DNA of 64,000 nt from an uncultured Alphaproteobacteria bacterium (GTDB lineage Bacteria; Pseudomonadota; Alphaproteobacteria; Micropepsales; Micropepsaceae). The stretch spans positions 389,632 through 453,631 of the forward strand of contig CAVUQQ010000004.1 in assembly GCA_963743765.1 (NCBI GenBank), in the 5' to 3' direction. The position numbers were made by a program, and so were the translations under genes. Below are positions 30,912 to 41,955 of the stretch, in pieces. The stretch's first letter is position 1. Each line of letters opens with the position of its first letter. Under the pieces are notes generated by a model. The model did not search any database, was not told the DNA's origin, and worked only from the letters and a program-made list of their open reading frames with translations.

Positions 30912-30989
30912 GTGTCGAAACTATGAAGGTTGTTCATCGGAGGAGGGGCTGGGAAGCTGGCCGAACAGTCGACGCTGTCCTAGCTCGCA

Positions 30990-31454
30990 TCAAAAAGTCC
31001 GGCGCAGACTACGGATCAGCTCACGACAAAGGTCAGGTCCGGACACATCCGGAACGCCCGCATCCCTGTCGCGACGCTTGAGTACGGCAATCAACAGCGA
31101 CGCCGCGTAATCCCAGAACCAATTCTTGTCATCGGCAGGTAGACCAGCGATCAACGCCTCAATACGGTCGGCGGCTGGAGGGTAGTCCTCGTCGCCTGCT
31201 TTCCCCTCCGCGGGGGTGAATTCGCGAAGGATAAAGGCTCCGAGGGCGACGCCCGCTGCTCGCTTGGCGAACACCGCTTCCTGAAGCTCGTCGGCACGCT
31301 CCGCATAAGCGTCGACCCGATCGAGAATGAAATTCCGAGCGAAGGCTTCGCAAGCCATCTCTTCCTCGCGACGCAGCGGCCGGTCGACATCGACGTTGAA
31401 CATGACGTGCCGCACCTCATGCAGCAGCGTGTAGGCCGTCGCGATCATCGTCAC
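30990..31454 (-). pseudogene. N-terminally truncated peptidase U49 (phage exclusion protein Lit-like)
   Basis: AYTLLHEVRHVMF (HExxH), EEMACEAFA, KRAAGVALG, YPPAADR; ORF starts only ~10 codons before HExxH. Confidence 0.6.
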
Positions 31455-31508
31455 AGTGTGTTATGGAGGTTTATGGGATGCTGCGGGATACCCTCGGATG
31501 GGTCAAAA

Positions 31509-33060
31509 TCACTCCCACTCGATCGTTCCCGGCGGCTTGCTGGTGATGTCGTAGACGACGCGGTTGATGCCGCGCACTTCGTTGACGATGCGCGTCGCCG
31601 TGCGGGCGAGGAAGCTGTGCTCGAACGGGATAGTAGTCCGCCGTCATGCCGTCGGACGACGTCACGGCGCGCAGCGCGCACACGTGATCGTAGGTACGCG
31701 CATCGCCCATCACGCCGACCGTCTTCACCGGCAGCAGCACCGCGAAGGCCTGCCAGATCTTGTCGTACAGATCCGGCCTTGCGGATCTCGTCGAGATAGA
31801 TCGCGTCCGCCTTGCGCAGGATGTCGAGCTTCTCGCGCGTGATCTCGCCCGGCACGCGGATGGCGAGGCCCGGACCCGGGAAACGGGTGTCGTCCGACAA
31901 ACGGCTCCGGCAGGCCGAGCTCACGGCCCAGCGCGCGCACTTCATCCTTGAAGAGTTCGCGCAACGGCTCGACCAGCTTCATCTTCATGAAGTCCGGCAG
32001 GCCGCCGACATTGTGGTGCGATTTGATCGTGACCGACGGGCCGCCCGTCGCCGAGACGCTTTCGATCACGTCGGGATAGAGCGTGCCCTGCGCCAGGAAC
32101 TCCGCACCGCCGGCCTTGTGCGCCTCGGCATCGAACACCTCGATGAAGGCGGCGCCGATGATCTTGCGCTTGGTTCTCCGGATCGCTGACGCCGGCGAGA
32201 CGCCCCAGGAAGAGATCCGCGGCCTCGGCATGAATCAGCGGGATGTTGTGGTGATTGCGGAACAGAGAAACGACTTCGTCCGACTCGCCTGCGCGCATCA
32301 GACCGGTATCGACAAAGATGCAGGTGAGCTGATCGCCGATCGCTTCGTGGATGAGCACGGCCGCGACGGATGAATCCACCCCGCCCGACAGGCCGCAGAT
32401 CACCTTGCCCTTGCCGACCTGCTTTCTGATTTTCTCGATCGCGGCGGCACGGAAGGCATGCATGTTCCAGTCGGCGGCGATGCCGGCGATCTTGCGCACG
32501 AAGTTGGCGATCATCTGCGCGCCGCGCGGCGTGTGCACGACCTCGGGATGGAACTGGATGCCGTAGAGCCGCCGCTTCTCGTCGGCGATGACGGCGTAGG
32601 GCGAATTTTCGCTCGTCGCCACGACATCGAAGCCCGGCGGGATGGCGGTGATCTTGTCGCCGTGGTTCATCCAGACCGTTTCGGTGTCGCCGGTCTTGCC
32701 GATGCCGTCGAGCAGCAGCGAGTCCTGCGCGATCAGGATATCCGCGCGGCCGAACTCGCGGTGATGGCCGGTCTCGACCTTGCCGCCGAGCTGTTCGCAC
32801 ATCGTCATCTCGCCGTAGCAGATGCCAAGAACCGGCACACCGAGCTCGAACACCTTCTGCGGCGCGCGCGGCGAGTAGGTTTCGGCAACGCTGGCCGGAC
32901 CGCCGGAGAGGATGATCGCTTTCGGCGTGCCCGCGGCGAGCGCGGCCTCGGCCTTGTCGTAGGGCACAATCTCGCAATAGACGCCCGCCTCGCGCACGCG
33001 CCGCGCGATGAGCTGGGTGACCTGCGAGCCGAAATCGACGATTAAAACGGGTGCCGCCAT
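31509..33060 (-). CDS. guaA: GMP synthase (glutamine-hydrolysing), several frameshifts between ~31620 and ~32180 (probably sequencing error)
   Basis: [70 protein letters not shown]. Confidence 0.93.
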
Positions 33061-33075
33061 GACGGGATTTAGTGG

Positions 33076-34362
33076 TTACCCCCTTGGCTTGTCCAGCGCC
33101 TGCACTGCCGCAGGATTGTGGATGAAAACGCCTGCGAAAAAGCCGTCCGTGCCGGTGGTGCGCGGTGAGGCCTTGAAGAACTCGCCCATGCCGGGCGGAG
33201 CTTCGTCCGATTCGCGCCAGACTTGCGCGCAGGGCCGGACTGCAAAATCAGGGTGGCGCGTGAGGAAGGCGTTGGCGCGGTCTTCGTTCTCGCAGGGCAG
33301 GATCGAACAGGTCGCGTAGATCAGCCGTCCGCCCTTTTTCACGCGCGCGGCGGCCTGATCGAGCAGCTTGTCCTGCAACGCCATGCGCGCCTTCAGCAGT
33401 TCCGGCGAGAGGCGCCAGCGTAATTCCGGCTGGCGGCGCCATGTGCCGGTGCCCGTGCAGGGCGCATCGACGAGCACCCCGTCGAACGGGCCTTCGGGCG
33501 GTTCCTTTTCCGTCAGGTGCGTGCGGATGATCGTGGCGCCGGCGCGCGTGGCGCGGCCGGCGAGCTGTTGCAGCGCAGTCTGGCGGATGTCGCAGGAGAC
33601 GATCTCGCCCTTGTTCTGCATCGTCGCCGCAAGCGCGAGCGATTTTCCGCCGGCGCCCGCCGCGAGGTCGAGGATGCGCTCGCCGGGCCGCGCCTGACAG
33701 AGAAGCGACGCGATCTGCGCCGCTTCGTCCTGGAATTCGAAGGCGCCGGTTTCGAACATCACGCTGCGGCCGAGTTCGGCGGAGCCCTCGCTCGACGCGA
33801 TGCGGATTCCGTGCGGTGCAAATGGTGTCGGCTCGGCCGGAAACTCACGTGCCCGCAACGCATCAAGCACTTCGCCTCGCTCGCGCTTGAGTGTGTTCAC
33901 GCGCAGGTCGACCGGCGCGCGCGACTGAAGCGCAAGCATCTCATCGAGCAGGTTTGAACCAAACGCACGAGTCAGTTCCGGCTCAAGAAAAGCAGGAAAC
34001 TCGCCGCGCACATGAACGGGAGGCTCACCGCTTGGGGGCTTTGCGATCGCGGCGCGTTCGACGCCTGTCAGCTCGGCCGGACCGTATCCGCCGCCGGTGA
34101 ATAGACTCTCCGGCTCCTCGCCGCTCTGCAGCAGCGATGCAATCGCCAGCGCGCGCGGTGTTTCGGCCTGCATGCGCCAGGCCAGCGACGCGCGATGCCT
34201 TTGGATCGTGAAGACGCGTTGGGTGATCGCGGCGCGATCCTTCGAGCCCGCATAGCGCCGTGTGCGAAACCAGTCGCGCAGCAGCCGGTCGAGCGGCTGA
34301 TCCGTTTTGGCTAGCGCCTCCAGAATATCGATAGCGCCTTGCAGGCGGGCCGCGGGCGTCAT
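33076..34362 (-). CDS. RsmB/NOP2 family RNA m5C methyltransferase
   Basis: MTPAARL, LRVNTLK, QDEAAQ, DLAAGAGGKS, VDAPCTGTG, YATCS. Confidence 0.92.
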   Translation of the reverse strand: MTPAARLQGAIDILEALAKTDQPLDRLLRDWFRTRRYAGSKDRAAITQRVFTIQRHRASLAWRMQAETPRALAIASLLQSGEEPESLFTGGGYGPAELTGVERAAIAKPPSGEPPVHVRGEFPAFLEPELTRAFGSNLLDEMLALQSRAPVDLRVNTLKRERGEVLDALRAREFPAEPTPFAPHGIRIASSEGSAELGRSVMFETGAFEFQDEAAQIASLLCQARPGERILDLAAGAGGKSLALAATMQNKGEIVSCDIRQTALQQLAGRATRAGATIIRTHLTEKEPPEGPFDGVLVDAPCTGTGTWRRQPELRWRLSPELLKARMALQDKLLDQAAARVKKGGRLIYATCSILPCENEDRANAFLTRHPDFAVRPCAQVWRESDEAPPGMGEFFKASPRTTGTDGFFAGVFIHNPAAVQALDKPRG

Positions 34363-35102
34363 GCGCCCGATATCCGCACGGCGAGGAAAATCACCGCCGC
34401 GCCGAGCAGCGTCATGATCGTCGTTGCCGCGCGCGGATGCTGGTGATGGCTCTCCGGAATGAGATCGGAGGCGCCGAGATAGAGAAAGCTCCCGGCGAAC
34501 ACGGCGAGCACCGGGCCGATGTTCGCCTCCGGTATGCGAAAAAGAAGCGTCGACAGTGCACCCAGTACCGGTGCGATCGCATCGACCAGAAGCCAGGGCA
34601 GCGCTCTGCGCCATGTGCCGCCGCCCCGCACGATGAAGCTGACCGTGTTGATGCCGTCGGAAAAATCGTGCGCGATGACGGCCGCGGCGATGACGAGGCC
34701 GACGGCCGGCGAGGCCTGAAATCCGACACCGATGGCGACGCCGTCGAAGAAGCTGTGCGCCGAGAGCGTCAGCGCGCCGGCGATGCCGCGCGCTGGGCGC
34801 TCATCGTCATGATCATGCCCGTGTTCGCCACCATGATCGTGCGGATGAATGAGGATGAGGCGGTCGAACACGAGATAGGCAAGAAAACCCGCGGCGATGA
34901 ACAGCGAAATGGTCGCCGGACTGTAGGAGACGCCGAACGTCATCGCCTCCGGCAGAAGATCGAACAGCGCAACAGCCACGACGGCGCCGGCGGAAAATCC
35001 CAGGATGAGATGCAGCCTGTCGCGAAAACGCATCGCGAAAAAGCCGCCCAGCATGGTGGCGGCGAACGCGATTGTAACGATGACAAGAAGTTCCGGGATC
35101 AT
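34359..35102 (-). CDS. ZIP family metal transporter
   Basis: FDLLPEA, His-rich loop HPHDHGGEHGHDH, HSFFDG, AHDFSDG, FLYLGASDLIPE. Confidence 0.88.
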   Translation of the reverse strand: MIPELLVIVTIAFAATMLGGFFAMRFRDRLHLILGFSAGAVVAVALFDLLPEAMTFGVSYSPATISLFIAAGFLAYLVFDRLILIHPHDHGGEHGHDHDDERPARGIAGALTLSAHSFFDGVAIGVGFQASPAVGLVIAAAVIAHDFSDGINTVSFIVRGGGTWRRALPWLLVDAIAPVLGALSTLLFRIPEANIGPVLAVFAGSFLYLGASDLIPESHHQHPRAATTIMTLLGAAVIFLAVRISGA

Positions 35103-35139
35103 GCCGTCCGCGCTTCGGGCCGGCGAAACAGGCTGGCGA

Positions 35140-36651
<1,512 letters not shown>

Positions 36652-36823
36652 TTAGCAGCGCCGAACCGATTCCGCAAGCGGCCAAAAAAGATCGATTTGT
36701 AATCTTACGGGGTCACAAATCGGCCAAATGCCTTGTAATATATGCCTACCAAGGGACGGCGGGCATGCTATGCCCATCGCCTTACGTTAGGCTATTGATC
36801 GCACGAAATAGGAGAATCTCCAC

Positions 36824-37312
36824 ATGCAGAAGAAATTTCGCTTGATGATGGGTGCGGCCGTTCTGGCAGTCGGCGCCTTGGCATTGGCCGGCAGCGCAGA
36901 TGCAGCGCCGCACGGCGTAAAGGTTGGTTCGCTGACATGCAACGTCGCCAGCGGTTGGGGCTTTATATTCGGATCCTCCAAGGATCTGCATTGCACGTTC
37001 CGCCCCAACAGTCACACCAGCGAACATTATGTCGGCACGATTTCCAAGTTCGGCGTCGACATCGGCTACACTGAAGGCGGCGTCCTGGTCTGGGGCGTGT
37101 TCGCGCCTGCGTCTGACGTTCGTGCCGGCGCTCTTGCCGGCGACTATGCCGGCGCGACAGCCAGCGCGACGGTTGGCGTCGGCCTCGGCGCAAACGTTCT
37201 GATCGGCGGTCTCGACAAGTCGATCGCTCTGCAGCCGCTCAGCGTCGAAGGCAACAGGGGTCTGAACGTGGCCGCCGGCATCGGCGCGATCAGCCTGACA
37301 GCGTCGCCGTAA
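36824..37312 (+). CDS. DUF992 family secreted protein (copy 1)
   Basis: Signal peptide; VGSLTCNV..GWGFIFGSSKDL.CTF, ALQPLSV, GLNVAAG. Confidence 0.88.
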   Translation: MQKKFRLMMGAAVLAVGALALAGSADAAPHGVKVGSLTCNVASGWGFIFGSSKDLHCTFRPNSHTSEHYVGTISKFGVDIGYTEGGVLVWGVFAPASDVRAGALAGDYAGATASATVGVGLGANVLIGGLDKSIALQPLSVEGNRGLNVAAGIGAISLTASP

Positions 37313-37335
37313 CACGCGCAGTCATGGATTAAGCG

Positions 37336-37364
37336 AAAGCCCTGCCGTTGCCGGCAGGGCTTTT
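37336..37364. terminator. bidirectional rho-independent terminator
   Basis: AAAGCCCTGCCG-ttgc-CGGCAGGGCTTTT between convergent genes. Confidence 0.85.
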
Positions 37365-37366
37365 GT

Positions 37367-38044
37367 CTATAGGGCGCCGCGAAAGCCGAGCGCGACGAGA
37401 TAGAGCTCGACCGACTCCGCGCGGCTGGCGGGCGGCTTGACATGCTTCACCGTCTTGAACGACTTCTTCAGCCGCTGCAGAAGTTCGCCCGTCGCGCCAC
37501 CCTGGAAAACCTTTCCGACGAAGACGCCGCCCGGCTTGAGCGTGTCTTCGGCGACGTCGAGCGCGGCTTCGAGCAGCGAACTGGTGCGCAGGTGATCGGT
37601 CTGGCGATGTCCCGTCGTCGGTGCGGCCATGTCGGTCAGGACGACATCGGCCGGACCGCCCAGCGCCGTCTTGAGGATTGCTGGCGTCTCCTCGTCCAGA
37701 AGATCGGCCCTGAACACCGTGACGCCTTCGAGCGGCTCCATTTCCAATATGTCGGCGGCGACGACACGGCCCTTGGCGCCGATGCGCTGATGGGCGATCT
37801 GGCTCCAGCCGCCGGGCGCCGCGCCGAGATCGAGAACGCGCGCACCGGATTTCAAAAAATGGAACTGGTCGTCGAGATCGATGAGCTTGAACGCGGCGCG
37901 CGAGCGATAGCCCTTGGCCTTGGCGGCGTGGACATAGGGATCGTTGAGCTGACGCTCCAGCCACTTGTTCGAGGAAGCCTTGCGGGACTTGGTGTTCTTG
38001 ACCTTTACCCGGATCTCGCCGCGCCCGGATGGACGGGCGGTCAT
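37367..38044 (-). CDS. rlmE: 23S rRNA Um2552 methyltransferase
   Basis: WLERQLNDPYV, YRSRAAFKL, DLGAAPGGWSQ, KPPASRAESVE. Confidence 0.96.
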   Translation of the reverse strand: MTARPSGRGEIRVKVKNTKSRKASSNKWLERQLNDPYVHAAKAKGYRSRAAFKLIDLDDQFHFLKSGARVLDLGAAPGGWSQIAHQRIGAKGRVVAADILEMEPLEGVTVFRADLLDEETPAILKTALGGPADVVLTDMAAPTTGHRQTDHLRTSSLLEAALDVAEDTLKPGGVFVGKVFQGGATGELLQRLKKSFKTVKHVKPPASRAESVELYLVALGFRGAL

Positions 38045-39054
38045 GAACGGCCCTCCGCCAGCAACTCGCGCAAGATACCTTCACGCAGGCCGCGATCGGC
38101 AACGCGCAACTGGGCGCAGGGCCACAATTCCACGATGGCCGCGAAGATCGCGCAACCCGGCACGATGAGGTCGGCACGATCGGCTCCAACACATCCCACG
38201 GCAGCACGTCCCTTGAGGTCGAGGTCCACCAGGCGGTCTATAATAGAGAGTATGTCGGCGCAACGATGCCAGCTCGCATCCACCCGGTCGCGGTTGTAGC
38301 GCGCAAGGCCTAGCGCGATGCCGGCGAGCGTCGTGACGGTGCCGGAGGTGCCGAGGAGATGATGCGTGACGGGATCGAACGGCGCGAGACGGCCCATCCC
38401 GGCGCGGAGCGGACGGAACCGTTCGATCATCTCGGCCCGCATGGCCGAAAAGCCTTCGCGGTCGGCCGGCCGGCCGGCCCATTCATCGGACAGCGTCACC
38501 ACGCCCGCCGGTTCGGATGCCGAGGCGGCAACGAACGGCACGCCGCGTTCATCGCGCCGCATCCAGATCACTTCCGTGGAACCGCCGCCGATGTCGAATA
38601 TCAGGCCGCCATCGGCTTGGGGATCGATCAGTGGCGCGCAACCGACGGCGGCGAGACGCGCTTCTTCGGTGGCGCTGATGATCGTCAGTTCGATGCCGGC
38701 TTCGTCGCGCGCGCGCTCAAGCAATACGCTGGCGTTGCTGGCGCGGCGGCAGGCCTCGGTCGCGATCGCGCGCACGCGCCGCGCACCCTTGGCCTGAATA
38801 TGGTCCGAACAGATTTTCAGCGCCGCGATGGTGCGATCGATGGCGGCGGACGAAAGTTCGCCTGTATGCGCAACGCCTTCCCCCAGACGCACGATGCGCG
38901 AAAAGGAATCCACGATGCGCAGATTGCCGCCGCGCGACGGCGAGGCGATGAGAAGGCGGCAATTGTTCGTGCCGAGATCGAGCGCAGCCACGCGCGAGCT
39001 GTCTCGGCGCCCTCGCCTGCTCCTGCGCGCATCCTTCACCACCCCGTCCAGCAA
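38041..39054 (-). CDS. ppx: Ppx/GppA family phosphatase
   Basis: ALDLGTNNCRLL, IATEACR, EEARL, DIGGGSTE, GLREG; TTG start after GGAGGAG. Confidence 0.9.
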   Translation of the reverse strand: MLDGVVKDARRSRRGRRDSSRVAALDLGTNNCRLLIASPSRGGNLRIVDSFSRIVRLGEGVAHTGELSSAAIDRTIAALKICSDHIQAKGARRVRAIATEACRRASNASVLLERARDEAGIELTIISATEEARLAAVGCAPLIDPQADGGLIFDIGGGSTEVIWMRRDERGVPFVAASASEPAGVVTLSDEWAGRPADREGFSAMRAEMIERFRPLRAGMGRLAPFDPVTHHLLGTSGTVTTLAGIALGLARYNRDRVDASWHRCADILSIIDRLVDLDLKGRAAVGCVGADRADLIVPGCAIFAAIVELWPCAQLRVADRGLREGILRELLAEGRS

Positions 39055-39191
39055 ATGCTCTCTCCTCCGGTTCCGCCAAGCGAACCAGACTCCGGCCACG
39101 CTAGCATGATCTCGGATGGGCGCTGCGCCGGCCGGCGAACGCGCCTTGCAAGGCGGGAGCACGTTCGCTAAACGGGCGTCCACCGATCCGT

Positions 39192-39265
39192 TGGGGGATC
39201 GTCTAATGGTAGGACTGCAGACTTTGACTCTGCCTGTCTAGGTTCGAATCCTAGTCCCCCAGCCA
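39192..39265 (+). tRNA. tRNA-Gln (anticodon TTG)
   Basis: TGGGGGA acceptor arm, anticodon arm GCAGA-CTTTGAC-TCTGC, GGTTCGAATCC, encoded CCA. Confidence 0.97.
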
Positions 39266-39480
39266 ACCAGTCTGCTCCGATCGGGCCAGTCTCGGTCCGT
39301 CAGAATTAATCACGAAATTTCAAAGACTTGCACTCCTGTCGGGGCCGGGAGCGTCAGTGAAATAGGCTATCATCCGCGTTCAGGCGGCGCATTCTGCGCT
39401 TTTGCTCCCGGGCCCACTTTTGGAGTGACGCTTGCGACGAGAATGAGCGAACCAGGGCTCTGTGGGTCCAGCCAACCAGT
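39259..39480 (+). repeat. 13-bp direct repeat spanning the tRNA 3' end (att-like scar)
   Basis: CCAGCCAACCAGT at 39259-39271 and 39468-39480. Confidence 0.7.
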
Positions 39481-39532
39481 TCTGACCTTGTGCTCAATGA
39501 GGGCAGTGGAACAAGGCGTCTATCCAAGCAGC

Positions 39533-39556
39533 GCCCCCGGCAGTTATGCCGGGGGC
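39533..39556. terminator. hairpin downstream of the DUF6600 gene
   Basis: GCCCCCGGCA-gtta-TGCCGGGGGC. Confidence 0.6.
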
Positions 39557-39574
39557 ACCATTTTCGTTGACTAT

Positions 39575-41761
39575 CTATTGAGGAGCGTTCGGATCAGTTT
39601 CCTGATTGTCCTGGGCGCCTTTGTGCTTGCGGTGGTCCTTGTTTTTGTCGGCCGGAGGATTGTTGGCGGCAGGCGGAGCGACCGCAGGCGTCGTCTGCGG
39701 TGGCGGTGTTACTGCGCCACCCTGTGAGCCGCCCGTTCCTTGATTGTCTTGGCCACCTTTGAGTTTGTCACGGTTACGTCCGCCCTTATCTGCCGGAGGA
39801 TTGCTGGCGGCAGGCGGAGTGAACGTAGGTGCCGTCTGCGGTGGCGGTGCTGTTACTGCGCCACCCTGTGGGCCACCCGTTCCTTGATTGTCTTGGCCAC
39901 CTTTGAGTCTGTCACGGTTACGTCCGCCCTTATCTGCCGGAGGATTGCTGGCGGCAGGCGGAGTGAACGCAGGTGCCGTCTGCGGTGGCGGTGCTGTTAC
40001 TGCGCCACCCTGTGGGCCACCCGCGCCCTGGTTCTCTTGGCCACCCTTGAGCCTGTCACGGTTACGTCCGCCCTTATCTGCCGGAGGATTGTTGGCGGCA
40101 GGCGGAGTGAACGTAGGTGCCGTCTGCGGTGGCGGTGTTACGGCACTACCCTGTGAGCCTCCCGTTCCTTGATTGTCTTGGCCACCTTTGAGTCTGTCAC
40201 GGTTACGTCCACCCTTATCTGCCGGAGGATTGTTGGCGGCAGGCGGAGCGACCGCAGGTGTCGTCTGCGGTGGCGGTGGTGTTACAGCGCCACCCTGTGA
40301 GCCGCCCGTTCCCTGATTATCTTTTCCGCCCTTGCGTAAGTCACGGTTGCGTCCACCCGTATCGCTTGGCGTTGGGGCCGAAGGGCTCCCCGAAATGGGA
40401 GCGATTACATTTGGCGCCGAGGGCGTAGCTGTTGCGGGCTTGAGCGGCGCGTTGACCACCGTCGTCTGTGTGAACAGATGAACCGGAGGACGCCCATTGC
40501 GCTCAACTGGCCGTGTAGACAACGTGCGCACGACGTCTTGTGAAGGCTGCGGCGCGCTGTTGACAATTCCTGTTCCTCGCGGCTGCGTTTCACGCATCCG
40601 AACCTGAACAGCACGGCCGGTATCCGCAGTCGTTATGAGTGCCGGGCTCTTTATAACCGTCGCTGCAGCTACGGTCGGGACTGGATGGCCGCCGGCTCGC
40701 TCGACGGATCTCACGTCCACACTGCGGTTCACAATGTAGTTGTTTACGACAGTGTAGTTGGTGACGTTGGTCGTCGAGTTGATGACATTGATGACGTTGG
40801 TCCTGCTCACCGCATGTGAACGGTAGTCGCGATCAGACAGGTTGCCGGTGCCGATGAAGACCCAGTTCGACGCAAATCGGCTTTCGTCGTATCCGCGTCC
40901 ATACCAGCGTGAATAACCATAATAGTCGTCGGTCCGGTTAAAATTGATCGAGATGCCGAAGGAGCTGTGGTCACCGTGGCCACTCAGAAAGCCTTCGTCA
41001 GGCGGCATCGGCATCCAGCCCGTGTAGCGATCGTTTGAACGCCAAACGACCCAGCCGGGACTCCAGACATATCCGGGAATCCACATCCAGCCGTCATCAG
41101 TGTCATTCACCCAGCGTCCGTAGTGGAAGGGAATATCGCCCCAATCGTAGCTTGATACCCAGAGCCAGCCATATTCGCGCGTGTTGGCCCAATGGCCTCC
41201 GGAGTAATACGGATGAAAGTCATTCGGGACGTCTGCGGGAACCCAGACTTCACCCCAGCGATCACTATAGACCCAGTCTCCGTGAGGGGCGAGCGTGCGG
41301 TGAAAGGATTGAAAGCTGACGACATCTCCTGCGCGGGTATCCGCATTGTAAGACTGTCGCCAGCGATCACCTATCCGAAAGCCGTGACTTGCATAGTAAT
41401 CGATAGCCAGCGCCGGTCCGTCGTGGCTCTGACGTGCCCAAGCCGGCCGGCGACCGCGCCATTCGTCGCGATGCCATCCACCGCTCACCCAATACTGACG
41501 ACCGTGGCGGTCGGCTCGGAAGTAGACCGGGCCCCGATACCACTGTCCGTGAAAGAATACCGGCCCGTAGTGAATCGGATATTTCCAGAAGCGATCCGGG
41601 CAGCCGGCGTTGTCGCAATAGCCGCCCGTTTCGGGTGAGGAAGAGATGGCGCGACTTCTGTCGTCACGCCCATAATATTGGGCCTGCGCGCCTGACGCGG
41701 AAGCTATCGCCAGGCCGATAATTGTTGACGCAAGTAGCGTGAGTTTCAGCGACGGTTTCAT
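39575..41761 (-). CDS. secreted protein: Trp/Tyr/Arg-rich N-domain + DUF6600 + Pro/Gly-rich repeat tail
   Basis: Signal peptide; L.PHGDW, WVP..FHPY..GHW, YGWLWVS..WG.IPFHYGRW, W.WIPGYVWSPGWVVWR, GWMPMPP. Confidence 0.85.
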   Translation of the reverse strand: MKPSLKLTLLASTIIGLAIASASGAQAQYYGRDDRSRAISSSPETGGYCDNAGCPDRFWKYPIHYGPVFFHGQWYRGPVYFRADRHGRQYWVSGGWHRDEWRGRRPAWARQSHDGPALAIDYYASHGFRIGDRWRQSYNADTRAGDVVSFQSFHRTLAPHGDWVYSDRWGEVWVPADVPNDFHPYYSGGHWANTREYGWLWVSSYDWGDIPFHYGRWVNDTDDGWMWIPGYVWSPGWVVWRSNDRYTGWMPMPPDEGFLSGHGDHSSFGISINFNRTDDYYGYSRWYGRGYDESRFASNWVFIGTGNLSDRDYRSHAVSRTNVINVINSTTNVTNYTVVNNYIVNRSVDVRSVERAGGHPVPTVAAATVIKSPALITTADTGRAVQVRMRETQPRGTGIVNSAPQPSQDVVRTLSTRPVERNGRPPVHLFTQTTVVNAPLKPATATPSAPNVIAPISGSPSAPTPSDTGGRNRDLRKGGKDNQGTGGSQGGAVTPPPPQTTPAVAPPAANNPPADKGGRNRDRLKGGQDNQGTGGSQGSAVTPPPQTAPTFTPPAANNPPADKGGRNRDRLKGGQENQGAGGPQGGAVTAPPPQTAPAFTPPAASNPPADKGGRNRDRLKGGQDNQGTGGPQGGAVTAPPPQTAPTFTPPAASNPPADKGGRNRDKLKGGQDNQGTGGSQGGAVTPPPQTTPAVAPPAANNPPADKNKDHRKHKGAQDNQETDPNAPQ
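39600..40360 (-). repeat. intragenic tandem repeat, ~5 units of 141-144 bp (47-48 aa)
   Basis: GTTACGTC/GTTGCGTC anchors at 39773, 39917, 40061, 40202, 40346; unit DKGGRNRDRLKGGQDNQGTGGSQGGAVTPPPQTAPTFTPPAANNPPA. Confidence 0.95.
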
Positions 41762-41839
41762 AGACGCTCCATAGCAGTTTGTGTGATGGAATCCGCGCAA
41801 GAGAGATCGCTCTTCGAGCGCGCTTGAAGACACGAGTTA

Positions 41840-41864
41840 AACGCAAGGAACGCGGATTCGTTCC
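41840..41864 (-). promoter_or_regulatory. EcfG-type promoter of the DUF6600 gene
   Basis: GGAAC-gaatccgcgttccttg-CGTT (N16). Confidence 0.75.
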
Positions 41865-41955
41865 CGGCACTCCATTTTTTCGTGACGGACCTGGCTGGTT
41901 GGGCGAGCGGCCTCGGACGAACCCGCCGAGGCCGCTAACTCGCCAAGAACCCGAA

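Noticed and set aside
39600-40360. Regularly spaced repeats as a possible CRISPR array
   Set aside because: Units are 141-144 bp, contiguous, in-frame within a CDS, with no unique spacers and no cas genes.
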